Virus record (IMG/VR): IMGVR_UViG_3300045988_125874
Direction: 5' to 3' (one strand)
Length of the DNA: 64,000 bases
Source of the DNA: a virus
How positions within the stretch are numbered: position 1 is the first letter of the stretch; every line of letters starts with the position of its first letter. The notes under the pieces are model-generated. The model was given only the letters and a program-made list of their open reading frames with translations. It searched no databases and was not told the origin of the DNA. Shown here piece by piece: positions 29,443 to 38,430 of the stretch. A program made the position numbers and the translations under genes.

Positions 29443-30780
29443 TTACGATGCTTTATGAGATTCAACCGCCTTTTTCAATGCTTCTTCGTCTGCGTCACTT
29501 AATCTGTTGACTGCTGCGATTAGTTTATCATCGGAAACGGTGGAAGTAAGGTTCTTGCCTGCAATCTTGTTATATTCCGTCACAAACTCCGGCTTTTTGT
29601 AAGTTGCTCCCCAAATTGTAATCTTAACATCAGAAGTATCTTTCTCTTCTTCTGTTGTGTCTACTGTTTGGGCTTCCAGTATATCCAAAGAATAGATTTG
29701 ATCTACGTTTTCGATAACCGGCAAGCAGATAGCCTGTCCGTTTGTAAATTCCTGCAATGGGTCTGTTTTAGAGTAGCGGCTAATCAACTTATATTCGTCA
29801 ATAGTAGTATATTCCACTCCATTAACGGGATTAGTTGCTTCAGCCAAAGTTCCCCATACAAAAGAACCTACATTATCAGCGGAAGGGAGGAATATAAGTT
29901 TGTTTGCATTCCACGGCTTATAAGAAACCCTTTTCCCATTCTTCTCATAGGTAACAGAACGGTCAACTTTCAAGAACGAAATGCCACCATATTGATCCGA
30001 AAACGCTTCATCAAATAAAGTAGATGTAGGAACCGGAAGTTTAGTATCATTATCAAAGGTTTGACCACGATAATTTGCGGCTAGTTCTTTAGCCCATTGA
30101 GATTGACGCATTTTGTTATATGTAGATAAAGCCAGCATAATAACTGAAATACTGTTACCGTCATCGTTAGCTTTACTTATAACTCTTTCAATATCATCTC
30201 CTGTAACTTCACCGGTAGTAACAACCCCAAAGCTATGTTCTGGTAAATAACCATAATCAAAACGGAGACCTATACCAGTATTTTTATCATCGTCACCCTC
30301 AACAATGATGATACCATCGGATAGTCCTGTAAGGAAATTTGCTTCATTTCTCTCATCAATACCAATAGAGCAAGCTGTTCCATCGTCCAACATACGAGTG
30401 ATTATGCGGTTAAGAACAGATTTCTTAGCTGCATCCGTGCTGGCGTTGGATAAATGAGCTCTCATAATGTTGATAGCATTAATTTGAGTCTCTCTTAGAA
30501 TCTTTTTAATTCCGATCTTAGGCAATTCTCCGTTTGACCGTGCGATAGAATCTCGCTTTTTAGGTGAAAGCGGAGAGTCCATAGCCACCATATCAGCAGC
30601 GACATGCGTAGTATTGGCAGATGTGCCTTCCCATTTCTGATCGGGGGAGTACACTTTAGTAAGCATCGTTTTGTGAAGATAGGTCAATGTCTTGTTTGTA
30701 TCATTGATCTTTTCTTTCACATACAGGCTTAATTTAGGCCATATTCTTCTTACAAATTCAATAAACAATGATTCATTCAT
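29443..30780 (-). CDS. Major capsid protein
   Basis: 445 aa. Strong SD (AAGGAGGTG) upstream. Follows the scaffold and decoration-sized genes. Confidence 0.75.
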   Translation of the reverse strand: MNESLFIEFVRRIWPKLSLYVKEKINDTNKTLTYLHKTMLTKVYSPDQKWEGTSANTTHVAADMVAMDSPLSPKKRDSIARSNGELPKIGIKKILRETQINAINIMRAHLSNASTDAAKKSVLNRIITRMLDDGTACSIGIDERNEANFLTGLSDGIIIVEGDDDKNTGIGLRFDYGYLPEHSFGVVTTGEVTGDDIERVISKANDDGNSISVIMLALSTYNKMRQSQWAKELAANYRGQTFDNDTKLPVPTSTLFDEAFSDQYGGISFLKVDRSVTYEKNGKRVSYKPWNANKLIFLPSADNVGSFVWGTLAEATNPVNGVEYTTIDEYKLISRYSKTDPLQEFTNGQAICLPVIENVDQIYSLDILEAQTVDTTEEEKDTSDVKITIWGATYKKPEFVTEYNKIAGKNLTSTVSDDKLIAAVNRLSDADEEALKKAVESHKAS

Positions 30781-30793
30781 CTTTCACCTCCTT

Positions 30794-31195
30794 TTAATCG
30801 TGTAAAAAAACGAGTTGTGGCAATGCCGTTTTTAATGCAGCTTTGATGCTGTCAACGGAATAAGGACTTGCCACATCATTAACTTCACCAGCATACATAA
30901 TGCCTACAAATGGTTTGTCGGCAGGTTTTGAACAAACAACTACGCCAACATATTCATGATTGGATGGTAATGAATCGTAAGCTGTACCTGCAGAATTAAC
31001 AGGCATCGGCTTATAAGTATCGTTCTCTGTATCGCGGATAACGATGTGCCCGGCTTTGATTACAGACTGCTTAAATCCAGTCATGTCTAACGTCCGGCCA
31101 TTCATAATTCCGCCCAAATAGTTACGAATAACAATCGAATCCATTCCGGTTAGGATTGTTTCTTGTTCGTTGACTAAATCAGCTTTTGCGCCCAT
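30794..31195 (-). CDS. Putative head decoration / accessory head protein
   Basis: 133 aa, between the scaffold and capsid genes. Confidence 0.35.
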   Translation of the reverse strand: MGAKADLVNEQETILTGMDSIVIRNYLGGIMNGRTLDMTGFKQSVIKAGHIVIRDTENDTYKPMPVNSAGTAYDSLPSNHEYVGVVVCSKPADKPFVGIMYAGEVNDVASPYSVDSIKAALKTALPQLVFLHD

Positions 31196-31212
31196 TTTTA
31201 ATTTGTTTTTGA

Positions 31213-31920
31213 TTAAAGGCCTTTAGCTATTGCTATGACCTCTTCGTCAGTTAATACTTCATTTTTTTCTTGTTTCTTACTTCCTGCACCTGGAGGATTC
31301 CCCAAACTAGATAGTCCTGCGTCGGCACGTTCTTGGTTGTAAGATTTCAAATCTTCCTCAACTTCGGAATAGAATTCTTCAAACTCTTCATCATTTTCAA
31401 ACTTCATTTTATTGAAGGATTTCAATGTGCGAGTTCCGAATGTACCAGCATCTTTTAAAAGGGATTCAAGTTTTTCTCTACGTGTAGTGGTTACTTTTTC
31501 ACCTTTTAATGCTGCAATTTCATCATTCAGTATTTGTACTGTCTGAACCAAACCTTTAGCCCATTCAGGGGCATCATCATTCTTTCCTTTGTTTTGGGGA
31601 TTTTTTTTGTTTGAACCCGGCTGGCGATTAGTGGAATTTGATGACTCATCGTCATCGTCGTCATCGGTTTCATCGTCGTCATTCTTTTTACGGTTTTCTT
31701 CGATTACTCGATTTGCAAAAGACTGGCTGACTTGTAGGTAGGGGAGAACCGCATCAATAGCTGTATCAATTTCTGCGTTTACGTCCTCATCGGAGGCATC
31801 GTCTGTGGAAGTTAGATTGTCGGCAATCTTGGCAGCGACACTCATCAATTCCTTTTTATTGAACCCGAACGCCTTCACTTTCGGTTTCAATCTCAACAAT
31901 ACTTGTTGTTTTCTGTCCAT
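31213..31920 (-). CDS. Scaffolding protein
   Basis: 235 aa, helical, acidic run DDDETDDDDDDESS. Located upstream of the capsid gene. Confidence 0.65.
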   Translation of the reverse strand: MDRKQQVLLRLKPKVKAFGFNKKELMSVAAKIADNLTSTDDASDEDVNAEIDTAIDAVLPYLQVSQSFANRVIEENRKKNDDDETDDDDDDESSNSTNRQPGSNKKNPQNKGKNDDAPEWAKGLVQTVQILNDEIAALKGEKVTTTRREKLESLLKDAGTFGTRTLKSFNKMKFENDEEFEEFYSEVEEDLKSYNQERADAGLSSLGNPPGAGSKKQEKNEVLTDEEVIAIAKGL

Positions 31921-31942
31921 TGTACAATGTTTTGGTTACTAA

Positions 31943-31977
31943 AATAGTCTGCGAAGTACGTATACCAGCAGACTATT
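31943..31977 (-). promoter_or_regulatory. 10-bp leader hairpin followed by U-run, between promoter copy 1 and the scaffold ATG (attenuator/terminator candidate)
   Basis: AATAGTCTGC-15 nt-GCAGACTATT then TTTAG on the minus strand. Confidence 0.4.
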
Positions 31978-32057
31978 CGCTTAGAACTTTACCAAACAAT
32001 AGAGCAATGAGTTTTTACGACAAGTTCTGTGGCGTACGTCTTCATACGCATCTGATA

Positions 32058-32094
32058 CAAAAGTAGTAAAAGTGGCGTAAACTCAATCACGTTT
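32058..32094 (-). promoter_or_regulatory. Conserved promoter/operator, copy 1 of 4
   Basis: Minus strand AAACGTGATTGAGTTTACGCCACTTTT then the -7 box TACTTTTG. Upstream of the scaffold/capsid operon. Confidence 0.55.
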
Positions 32095-32156
32095 AGTGTT
32101 AAAGTATATAAAAAGTAAATGTTTGGATTTGCCTGAATGAGAGGTGTTTAATTAGG

Positions 32157-32588
32157 CTATTCCTTTAGGTATCTATATGCTTTTAGGTATTTGTTTAGTC
32201 TGTAAATATCTTTCTCTGCAAGTTCGTTCAAACGTGTTATATCCATGTTGTCTTCCAAGTCATGCAATTTAACTTGTCTTCCTATAGGGTTAAGCTTAGA
32301 ACGTTTTATAAAATCTTCGTAACTTTCTCCTTTATTACGAGTAACTGAAATAATAGCATCAACAATATATTGTGGGAATCCTCCCATTAGTAAAAAATCA
32401 GCGGTAACTTCAGTATCTTCTATCGTATCATGCAGCAAAGCAACAATCCTTTCGTTATCTGTAGAACATTTATTTGCGACGCGGATAGGATGAAGTATAT
32501 AAGGCATTCCTGCTTTGTCAACTTGATAAATATGCGCATCTGTTGCTATATGAAGCGCTTTCTCTAATAAAGTACTAATATCTGTCAT
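32157..32588 (-). CDS. Small alarmone hydrolase (HD-domain RelA/SpoT-type hydrolase)
   Basis: HIYQVDKAGMPYILHPIRV, ALLHDTIEDT, ISVTRNK, VKLHDLEDN. Start at MTDIST overlaps the upstream stop. Confidence 0.85.
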   Translation of the reverse strand: MTDISTLLEKALHIATDAHIYQVDKAGMPYILHPIRVANKCSTDNERIVALLHDTIEDTEVTADFLLMGGFPQYIVDAIISVTRNKGESYEDFIKRSKLNPIGRQVKLHDLEDNMDITRLNELAEKDIYRLNKYLKAYRYLKE

Positions 32589-32802
32589 ATTCTGATTTTG
32601 AAATTTCTTTTCCGCCAAGAATTATATTACAAACTGTTTTATTGGATTGTGGAATTTCTATCTCGTTACGCCCACGATGTTTTATATACGATTTTGTTTG
32701 ACCGTTATCGAGATGTAAACGGATAACTGCTTCCTCAAAATCGTCAAGTAAATAAACCGTTTCACCTGACTGTAATTTATTATATAATTCCTTTTGGTTC
32801 AT
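32575..32802 (-). CDS. Hypothetical protein (75 aa) between the MuF fusion and the hydrolase
   Basis: ORF translationally coupled to the hydrolase gene. Confidence 0.5.
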   Translation of the reverse strand: MNQKELYNKLQSGETVYLLDDFEEAVIRLHLDNGQTKSYIKHRGRNEIEIPQSNKTVCNIILGGKEISKSEYDRY

Positions 32803-32826
32803 TTTTATATGTAAAGATAGTGATTT

Positions 32827-34443
32827 TTATTGGAAATGACTATAATATTCAATTGATTTTTCAGCTATTTTTTGTGCCTTTTTATCAGCTTTGTCTAATA
32901 CTCGCCATTCTTCATAATATTTATGTCCTAATCCTCCTTCCATACCTGTTTGCTTCTGTATTTCTTTCCAACGTTTTTCTCCAAGAATTCTTTTTGCGTC
33001 TTCCGGCTTTTCTTTGGCATAAATCATACGTTCTGTATTAACTTGAATTTCGGCAATTAATCCGTTAGATGTTTGGATATTGACTATATTGCCACTATAT
33101 CCCATAAAGGATTCCGGTTTTTGCCTTTTCAGTCGTACAAACGAATCGCTTTCAGATAGTTCGTTTAATACTTGATCTATTTGTGATCTGGGGACTATAA
33201 TTGTCGTCCTAACTGCGTCTTTTATATCGTATGGAGTTATACCTTCCGTTGTAACCTTTCTTGTTATTGATGAGATGCTTTTGTAATTGATTGGCGTTAC
33301 AAATCCTTTATTCTTTTTAGCTATGGATTCCGCTAAACTTTGTACCTCATTCCCGACTAAAGAAGCACGATTAACAAGCTCTTTAGCTGAATTCTCGGTA
33401 TTTATATTTTGAACAATTGATTTGTTATCTCTCAAAAAATAAGGTAGGGTGTTTCTTTTCTGGGCTTTCTCGATCTTTTGACGGTTTTCGAGTACCCATT
33501 TTTTGAATTCGTCAGGAACATCCTTTACTTCATTTATACTTTCTGTGGAAACATCGCTTCGTCCATCCCATTCCCAGAATTCTTCTTCTGTTTTGAGGAT
33601 AGGAACTTTATAACATAAATCATTCGGATGCCATCCTGTCCAGGTGAAGTCTTTAGGATATTTACCGGCAAGTGTGTCACAAATGTCTCCATGTGGCATA
33701 CGACTATGATGAGAAGAACTTAGTTTTATTTCATATCCGACTACGAAATCCATTTGTTTCCATCTTTCGTTTTCGGCTGTTCTATAAGCCATGTTTATTT
33801 CTGAACGGGCTAGACGTATGGAACGATACTCACAATCTTGTATATGTTCAGCACTGCCATATCTGTCTTTGTAATCTTTTTGCAGTAATGGGAAATCAAG
33901 AAGATACTTACTTATTTGCTTACTCAACGTAACAGCACTGGTTCCTTTTTGAATAGCGCATGAGATCGCAGCCTCCAGTTCTTCTTTGTAGATCATAGAT
34001 TGCTGCCAGAGTTTTGCAGATATATTGAATCCTTTATCTTTTCGGTTCTGGAATGCTTTCAAAGCATCTGAATTTGTTTGATATAGTATTTTATATTTTT
34101 CTTTGTCAACTTGGGCGTTATATGCTTTTAGTACTTTGTTTGCTATTAAATCCTGCGCTTCATTACTATTCTTCCATTCTTCGGTAGTACCGCGATAGAT
34201 AGTTGCATTTATATCCTCTACAAAGTGCTTCTGTATATCGTCAATTTGCTTTTTAGTTTGAGGGTAGTCAGACCATTTAAACGGCTTATCGCTATCAGGG
34301 GAATATTTAGTACGTGAAACGGCTTTGGCAGCTTCCAAATTCAGGGTATCGTATATTTGCTCAACGAGGGCTACATATCTGTTTAATCTCCCGTTGAGTT
34401 CTTGGTACTTCTTTTTCTGATTTGGAATCTTGGGTTTTGCCAT
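32827..34443 (-). CDS. Minor head protein (SPP1 gp7 / Mu F family) fused to a C-terminal RelA/SpoT-synthetase-like domain
   Basis: MuF core: SIRLARSEINMAYRTAE, HHSRMPHGDICD, WHPNDLCYKVP. C-terminus (aa 383-480): YKSISSITRK, DIKDAVRTTIIV, MGYSGNIVNIQ, AEIQVNTERMIYA. Confidence 0.7.
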   Translation of the reverse strand: MAKPKIPNQKKKYQELNGRLNRYVALVEQIYDTLNLEAAKAVSRTKYSPDSDKPFKWSDYPQTKKQIDDIQKHFVEDINATIYRGTTEEWKNSNEAQDLIANKVLKAYNAQVDKEKYKILYQTNSDALKAFQNRKDKGFNISAKLWQQSMIYKEELEAAISCAIQKGTSAVTLSKQISKYLLDFPLLQKDYKDRYGSAEHIQDCEYRSIRLARSEINMAYRTAENERWKQMDFVVGYEIKLSSSHHSRMPHGDICDTLAGKYPKDFTWTGWHPNDLCYKVPILKTEEEFWEWDGRSDVSTESINEVKDVPDEFKKWVLENRQKIEKAQKRNTLPYFLRDNKSIVQNINTENSAKELVNRASLVGNEVQSLAESIAKKNKGFVTPINYKSISSITRKVTTEGITPYDIKDAVRTTIIVPRSQIDQVLNELSESDSFVRLKRQKPESFMGYSGNIVNIQTSNGLIAEIQVNTERMIYAKEKPEDAKRILGEKRWKEIQKQTGMEGGLGHKYYEEWRVLDKADKKAQKIAEKSIEYYSHFQ

Positions 34444-34571
34444 TATTTCATTTGCTTTTTCTTATCCTTGTCGTCGGTAGGGTAGAGGTGGTGTTTTACT
34501 ATAATCTTACCACAGATAGGACAATCCTGTACTATGTATTCCACTGTGACTACTCTAGTATGCTTTTTCAT
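34443..34571 (-). CDS. Small zinc-ribbon-like protein (42 aa, CPICG), below the ORF-track cutoff
   Basis: TAATG overlap with the MuF start. MKKHTRVVTVEYIVQDCPICGKIIVKHH... Confidence 0.4.
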   Translation of the reverse strand: MKKHTRVVTVEYIVQDCPICGKIIVKHHLYPTDDKDKKKQMK

Positions 34572-34573
34572 AT

Positions 34574-34936
34574 TTATTCCTCCGAAATTCTATCAGGTGC
34601 TGGCATCTCCAATAATCGGATAGCTTTAATTGTTTCCTTTCCCTCCAATATCGCTTTACATAAACGATGGTAGCCATCAGCAATTTGACCTACTTCGTCA
34701 AGGATAATAGGATATTCAAGAGAACATTGATTCACCCGTTTGCATTGAAAAATGAAACTGTGAAGCTGATTACATTCAAATGGTTCAGCTGTAAGGTCTA
34801 TATTCCATAGCGGCATATCAAGCACTGGGTATTCTTTTGCCTTAGCAAAATCGTAGAGTGTTTGAGCTTTCCAGATCTTGTCTCCACGATGATATTCACT
34901 TTCGCTAAAAGTTATGTTATCTATAGGAACCTGCAT
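34574..34936 (-). CDS. ParB/Srx-fold (ParB N-terminal-like) small protein
   Basis: PIILDEVGQIADGYHRLCKAILEG contains the DGxHR motif. Confidence 0.5.
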   Translation of the reverse strand: MQVPIDNITFSESEYHRGDKIWKAQTLYDFAKAKEYPVLDMPLWNIDLTAEPFECNQLHSFIFQCKRVNQCSLEYPIILDEVGQIADGYHRLCKAILEGKETIKAIRLLEMPAPDRISEE

Positions 34937-34937
34937 A

Positions 34938-35285
34938 TTATTCTTTTTTTATATATACTTTGATTTCACCGGTAACATGGAGTTCATCACCAACTTTTTC
35001 AACGGAGTATTCTATTAGCCCCCTCTGGTTGATTGAGCTTACAATTGATTGGAGAACTTCATCCTTTACTTCTTTGATGAACATTTCATCTGATTTTCGA
35101 TTAGACCAACCTTCATCAAGTTTCTTCTTTTTTCGGTAATCCTTGATTTCTTTTTTAGTTCGGGCAAGGCAGATACCAAGCTTCTTTGCTTCGTAGTTAT
35201 CAACTCGTTCAATACTACTCAATCTTTCTTGTGGATTGATTTTTTCTGCTAATCTAATAAGCCAGTTTGATATTTTTGTCTTCAT
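34938..35285 (-). CDS. Hypothetical protein (115 aa, Lys-rich)
   Basis: ORF 1 nt from the neighbouring gene. Confidence 0.5.
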   Translation of the reverse strand: MKTKISNWLIRLAEKINPQERLSSIERVDNYEAKKLGICLARTKKEIKDYRKKKKLDEGWSNRKSDEMFIKEVKDEVLQSIVSSINQRGLIEYSVEKVGDELHVTGEIKVYIKKE

Positions 35286-35321
35286 GATTTTAAGTTTTAA
35301 GCCAGCAGCGTAAACATCTGC

Positions 35322-35861
35322 TTACGCTGCTTTAACCTTTTTTACAGCTTGGCAGATAGGATATTGTACAATTTCCCAGTCTTCTGCAAACACATCACTG
35401 ATGGATGGTACCCACGAATCAGCACGTCCCGTATTTTCGTTATAGATAAGGCATTGGCTTGTATAGTCAATAAAACCTTTTCCTTTCAGAATAAGGTCTT
35501 TTGCTGATTGAGGAAGCGATTGCATCTTGGGAATGGTATCGCTTTCAATATGTGCAGGCACTTGCTTGAATACCGTCAGGCCTTTGCCGTTCCAGCCGTT
35601 TCTACGGATAGCCCCACCTTGCTTCAAAACTTCGATAGCATCACCGAAACACATAGGAGTTTCTTTCTTGACTTCTCGATATGATTCTTCAAACAATTCT
35701 TTGGGGGACCAACTTTCATAGCCATATTCAGCACGAGTGTGATATCCAAGCCTGCAAGATTCATGCTCTCCTATTTCACTTTTTACCAAACCTTTACGGT
35801 AAGCTTCGCCTAATGTCATAGGTTCTGCTTCAATCTGTTTTGTGCTAATGTACTTTTTCAT
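35322..35861 (-). CDS. DUF2829-domain protein (family of the Thoeris anti-defence protein Tad2) with an N-terminal extension
   Basis: FGDAIEVLKQGGAIRRNGWNGKG ... SWVPSISDVFAEDWEIV. Confidence 0.7.
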   Translation of the reverse strand: MKKYISTKQIEAEPMTLGEAYRKGLVKSEIGEHESCRLGYHTRAEYGYESWSPKELFEESYREVKKETPMCFGDAIEVLKQGGAIRRNGWNGKGLTVFKQVPAHIESDTIPKMQSLPQSAKDLILKGKGFIDYTSQCLIYNENTGRADSWVPSISDVFAEDWEIVQYPICQAVKKVKAA

Positions 35862-35882
35862 GATAGTGTATTTATTTACAAA

Positions 35883-36173
35883 TCAAACATCTTCCTCTTC
35901 ATAAGCCATCTTTGCACTCATGACACCAACCGAACTTAGCATCCTGATAGAAAGCCCCTTTTGTACGTCAAGCTCAAAAATCATATTGTCATTGAATTGA
36001 GCGGCAGGATATTGATACAATAGCGCATAATCCATTCCTTCCAACTTTGCGTATATACTAAGTGTGCCACTCTTCTCTCTGTCTATCTGTATTACACATT
36101 TCCCAACAGAAGTAAACTCACAGGAATAGCCCTGTTTTTCTTTACTAAATTTTAGTACATCAGTTTTTGCCAT
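35883..36173 (-). CDS. Hypothetical protein (96 aa)
   Basis: ORF directly downstream of the portal gene. Confidence 0.5.
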   Translation of the reverse strand: MAKTDVLKFSKEKQGYSCEFTSVGKCVIQIDREKSGTLSIYAKLEGMDYALLYQYPAAQFNDNMIFELDVQKGLSIRMLSSVGVMSAKMAYEEEDV

Positions 36174-36193
36174 AATATTTATATTTTAGATTG

Positions 36194-37594
36194 TTATTCC
36201 GGTTCTTCGAATATATTGCTTATCCTGCTTCTGGAAGCATCTGCATCTTCTTTTTGGATTTGGGCAAGAGTTTCTTGTGGATCAGTAGAGATACCTAAGT
36301 TCTTGATGGCTTCTAATTGGCTGACAACAGCTTTTCCACCACTTGCTGTAACCCATTTTTCTATTTCTGACTTTTCATCATTTTGGATAAATGGAGTTAT
36401 GATGTGCTCAATCTCAACATTATCTACTTCATTTTTCCAAGAAACATTCATCATTTTCAGGAAAGCTTTGATTACGCTACATTCACGTTCAAATGCTTCT
36501 ATCCATGCACCACTTTCATCTCCAACCTTTAAATGAGCGTCAGTAAGTAAAGTCTGCCTTGCATCAAATCCGATATTGCCAAGAGACTTCATGTTTTCGA
36601 AGGAAATATCCGGCATTTGTGATTGTGACCAGAACAACTTAACAAGGGTATCGACATGATATTTTAACGCCTCGATAGATTGTGCCCATGAAACATAGGA
36701 CACGTCCCCGTTTTGTTCTACTCGGTAAACTCTACGGCTTTCTCCTTTATCTTCTCCTCCTTTTATGCTACCTGCTATTTTTAGGATAGGAGCGGAGTTA
36801 TATGCTATGACATCGCTATTGCGTGAAAGGGTATATTCGATTTCTTTTCTGATATAGGAAAGACCGTGATAAATGGGAACAGGACGATAAACGTATACTC
36901 CGGGTATTTTCAGAATAACGACCGGCTCTGATTTAACTAATTCCCAACCGTTTCCCTGTTGTTTCCATTTATAATGAATGTTTGCCGTGTATGTCTCGAA
37001 ATACGTAACTTCTTCATTTTTGACCTTTTTTGTGTATTCAAAAGACATTGCGATCATATCGCCAAGCTCATCAAGTAGAGGGTATAAGCTAACACCGTCC
37101 ATTGGTGAGTAGGTTTTGCATTTTAGCTTATATTTACTTTTAAAGCCGTATAGAGTGTTGGGATTCTCAACTGTGTACCAAATGGTGAACACTTCGCATG
37201 AAGCAAAGTAAGCATTGCCTCGCTTAATATTCTCACTGTCAATACGGGCATACTTATATATCGCTTCAATCGCTTTCGCAATACTTTGGCGGGTTTCATT
37301 GTCTTCTATATTGTGATATACACGTTTAACCGGGATAGCGAACATGAATTCAGTCATTCGCTTGGTGAGGAGTTTTTCAAGTCCGATGTAGATACGGGAA
37401 GCTTTTTCTGTATCTCCATTAGATCGGATCTTATCTTTACGGGTAACTGTGTCAGATACTATATCATGTTCTGTTGGTTCGTAGTCTTTGAGAAGTTTAT
37501 CCCATGAGGGGACTGTTACAGACTTTTCTTTCAAATCGTTGATTATGTTATCAACGGGCCGCGTACTGTCTAAGATAGAGGTGATTTCGTCCAT
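36194..37594 (-). CDS. Portal protein
   Basis: 466 aa. First large gene after the terminase block and upstream of the MuF gene. Confidence 0.75.
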   Translation of the reverse strand: MDEITSILDSTRPVDNIINDLKEKSVTVPSWDKLLKDYEPTEHDIVSDTVTRKDKIRSNGDTEKASRIYIGLEKLLTKRMTEFMFAIPVKRVYHNIEDNETRQSIAKAIEAIYKYARIDSENIKRGNAYFASCEVFTIWYTVENPNTLYGFKSKYKLKCKTYSPMDGVSLYPLLDELGDMIAMSFEYTKKVKNEEVTYFETYTANIHYKWKQQGNGWELVKSEPVVILKIPGVYVYRPVPIYHGLSYIRKEIEYTLSRNSDVIAYNSAPILKIAGSIKGGEDKGESRRVYRVEQNGDVSYVSWAQSIEALKYHVDTLVKLFWSQSQMPDISFENMKSLGNIGFDARQTLLTDAHLKVGDESGAWIEAFERECSVIKAFLKMMNVSWKNEVDNVEIEHIITPFIQNDEKSEIEKWVTASGGKAVVSQLEAIKNLGISTDPQETLAQIQKEDADASRSRISNIFEEPE

Positions 37595-37629
37595 TTGAGT
37601 AGAATATTACTTAATATTCGTTTTTACTT

Positions 37630-37670
37630 GGTGCAAATATAATAAAAGTCGCGTAATTTATATCACTTTT
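37630..37670 (-). promoter_or_regulatory. Conserved promoter/operator, copy 2 of 4
   Basis: Minus strand AAAAGTGATATAAATTACGCGACTTTTATTATATTTGCACC, with -7 box TATATTTG. 35 nt upstream of the portal ATG. Confidence 0.55.
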
Positions 37671-37672
37671 AT

Positions 37673-37945
37673 TTATAAATATCCAACTAATTTGATAGCT
37701 TCATGCATGTAATAAGGGAAATTAATGACAGCAATCTCACCAGAATATCCACAACGCCATAATTCAGCCTGCCAATCTTGTATATCATCACGTTCATCAA
37801 TATTGTACTTCTTCATTAAATCTCTTATGATAGCGCAATCCTCATATCTTTCCATAACTTTAGCAGAAGAATAAAGATTGAGTAAGACGTATTCTCCATA
37901 AAGGAGGAGTACTTTTTCAAATATATTAAACCGATTTTGTGTCAT
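37673..37945 (-). CDS. Hypothetical protein (90 aa)
   Basis: ORF in the terminase-portal spacer block. Confidence 0.5.
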   Translation of the reverse strand: MTQNRFNIFEKVLLLYGEYVLLNLYSSAKVMERYEDCAIIRDLMKKYNIDERDDIQDWQAELWRCGYSGEIAVINFPYYMHEAIKLVGYL

Positions 37946-37953
37946 ATCTATCT

Positions 37954-38271
37954 TTAAAAGTCACACATTATAGTATATTTAGTTTGCAAAATCTTTAGGA
38001 CCTTTTCTGTTACATGAATTATATCTTCATTATACCTTCTTACGTTTCTGCCATATCCTTGTATGTCTTTGTTTATCTTCTGGCGGAGTGTAGTACTTTT
38101 AGGCAAACTGATTTCATAGAAATTGCCATCAATTGAAGTTATCAACATATCAGCTTGCTTCTTTTGACAATCCAATTCTGTTTCTTTGTATTCACCTTTG
38201 GGTATGAAATTAGGATTGGGTACTAAGTAGCCTTCTGCTACTACATTTCCATTTATATCATATACTTTCAT
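37954..38271 (-). CDS. Hypothetical protein (105 aa)
   Basis: ORF co-directional with its neighbours. Confidence 0.5.
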   Translation of the reverse strand: MKVYDINGNVVAEGYLVPNPNFIPKGEYKETELDCQKKQADMLITSIDGNFYEISLPKSTTLRQKINKDIQGYGRNVRRYNEDIIHVTEKVLKILQTKYTIMCDF

Positions 38272-38430
38272 AATCGTGTGTGCTAATAGAAAAACATTTT
38301 ACAGTGGTTATTGTACAATCTTGATCTCAACGGGCTAGGGTTGGCGAGCCAAGCAAAATGAAAATTTAGGCTAATTTCACACATTACGTTTTTATGGTGA
38401 ATCCATTGTTCTTTTGTCATAATCGTATAT

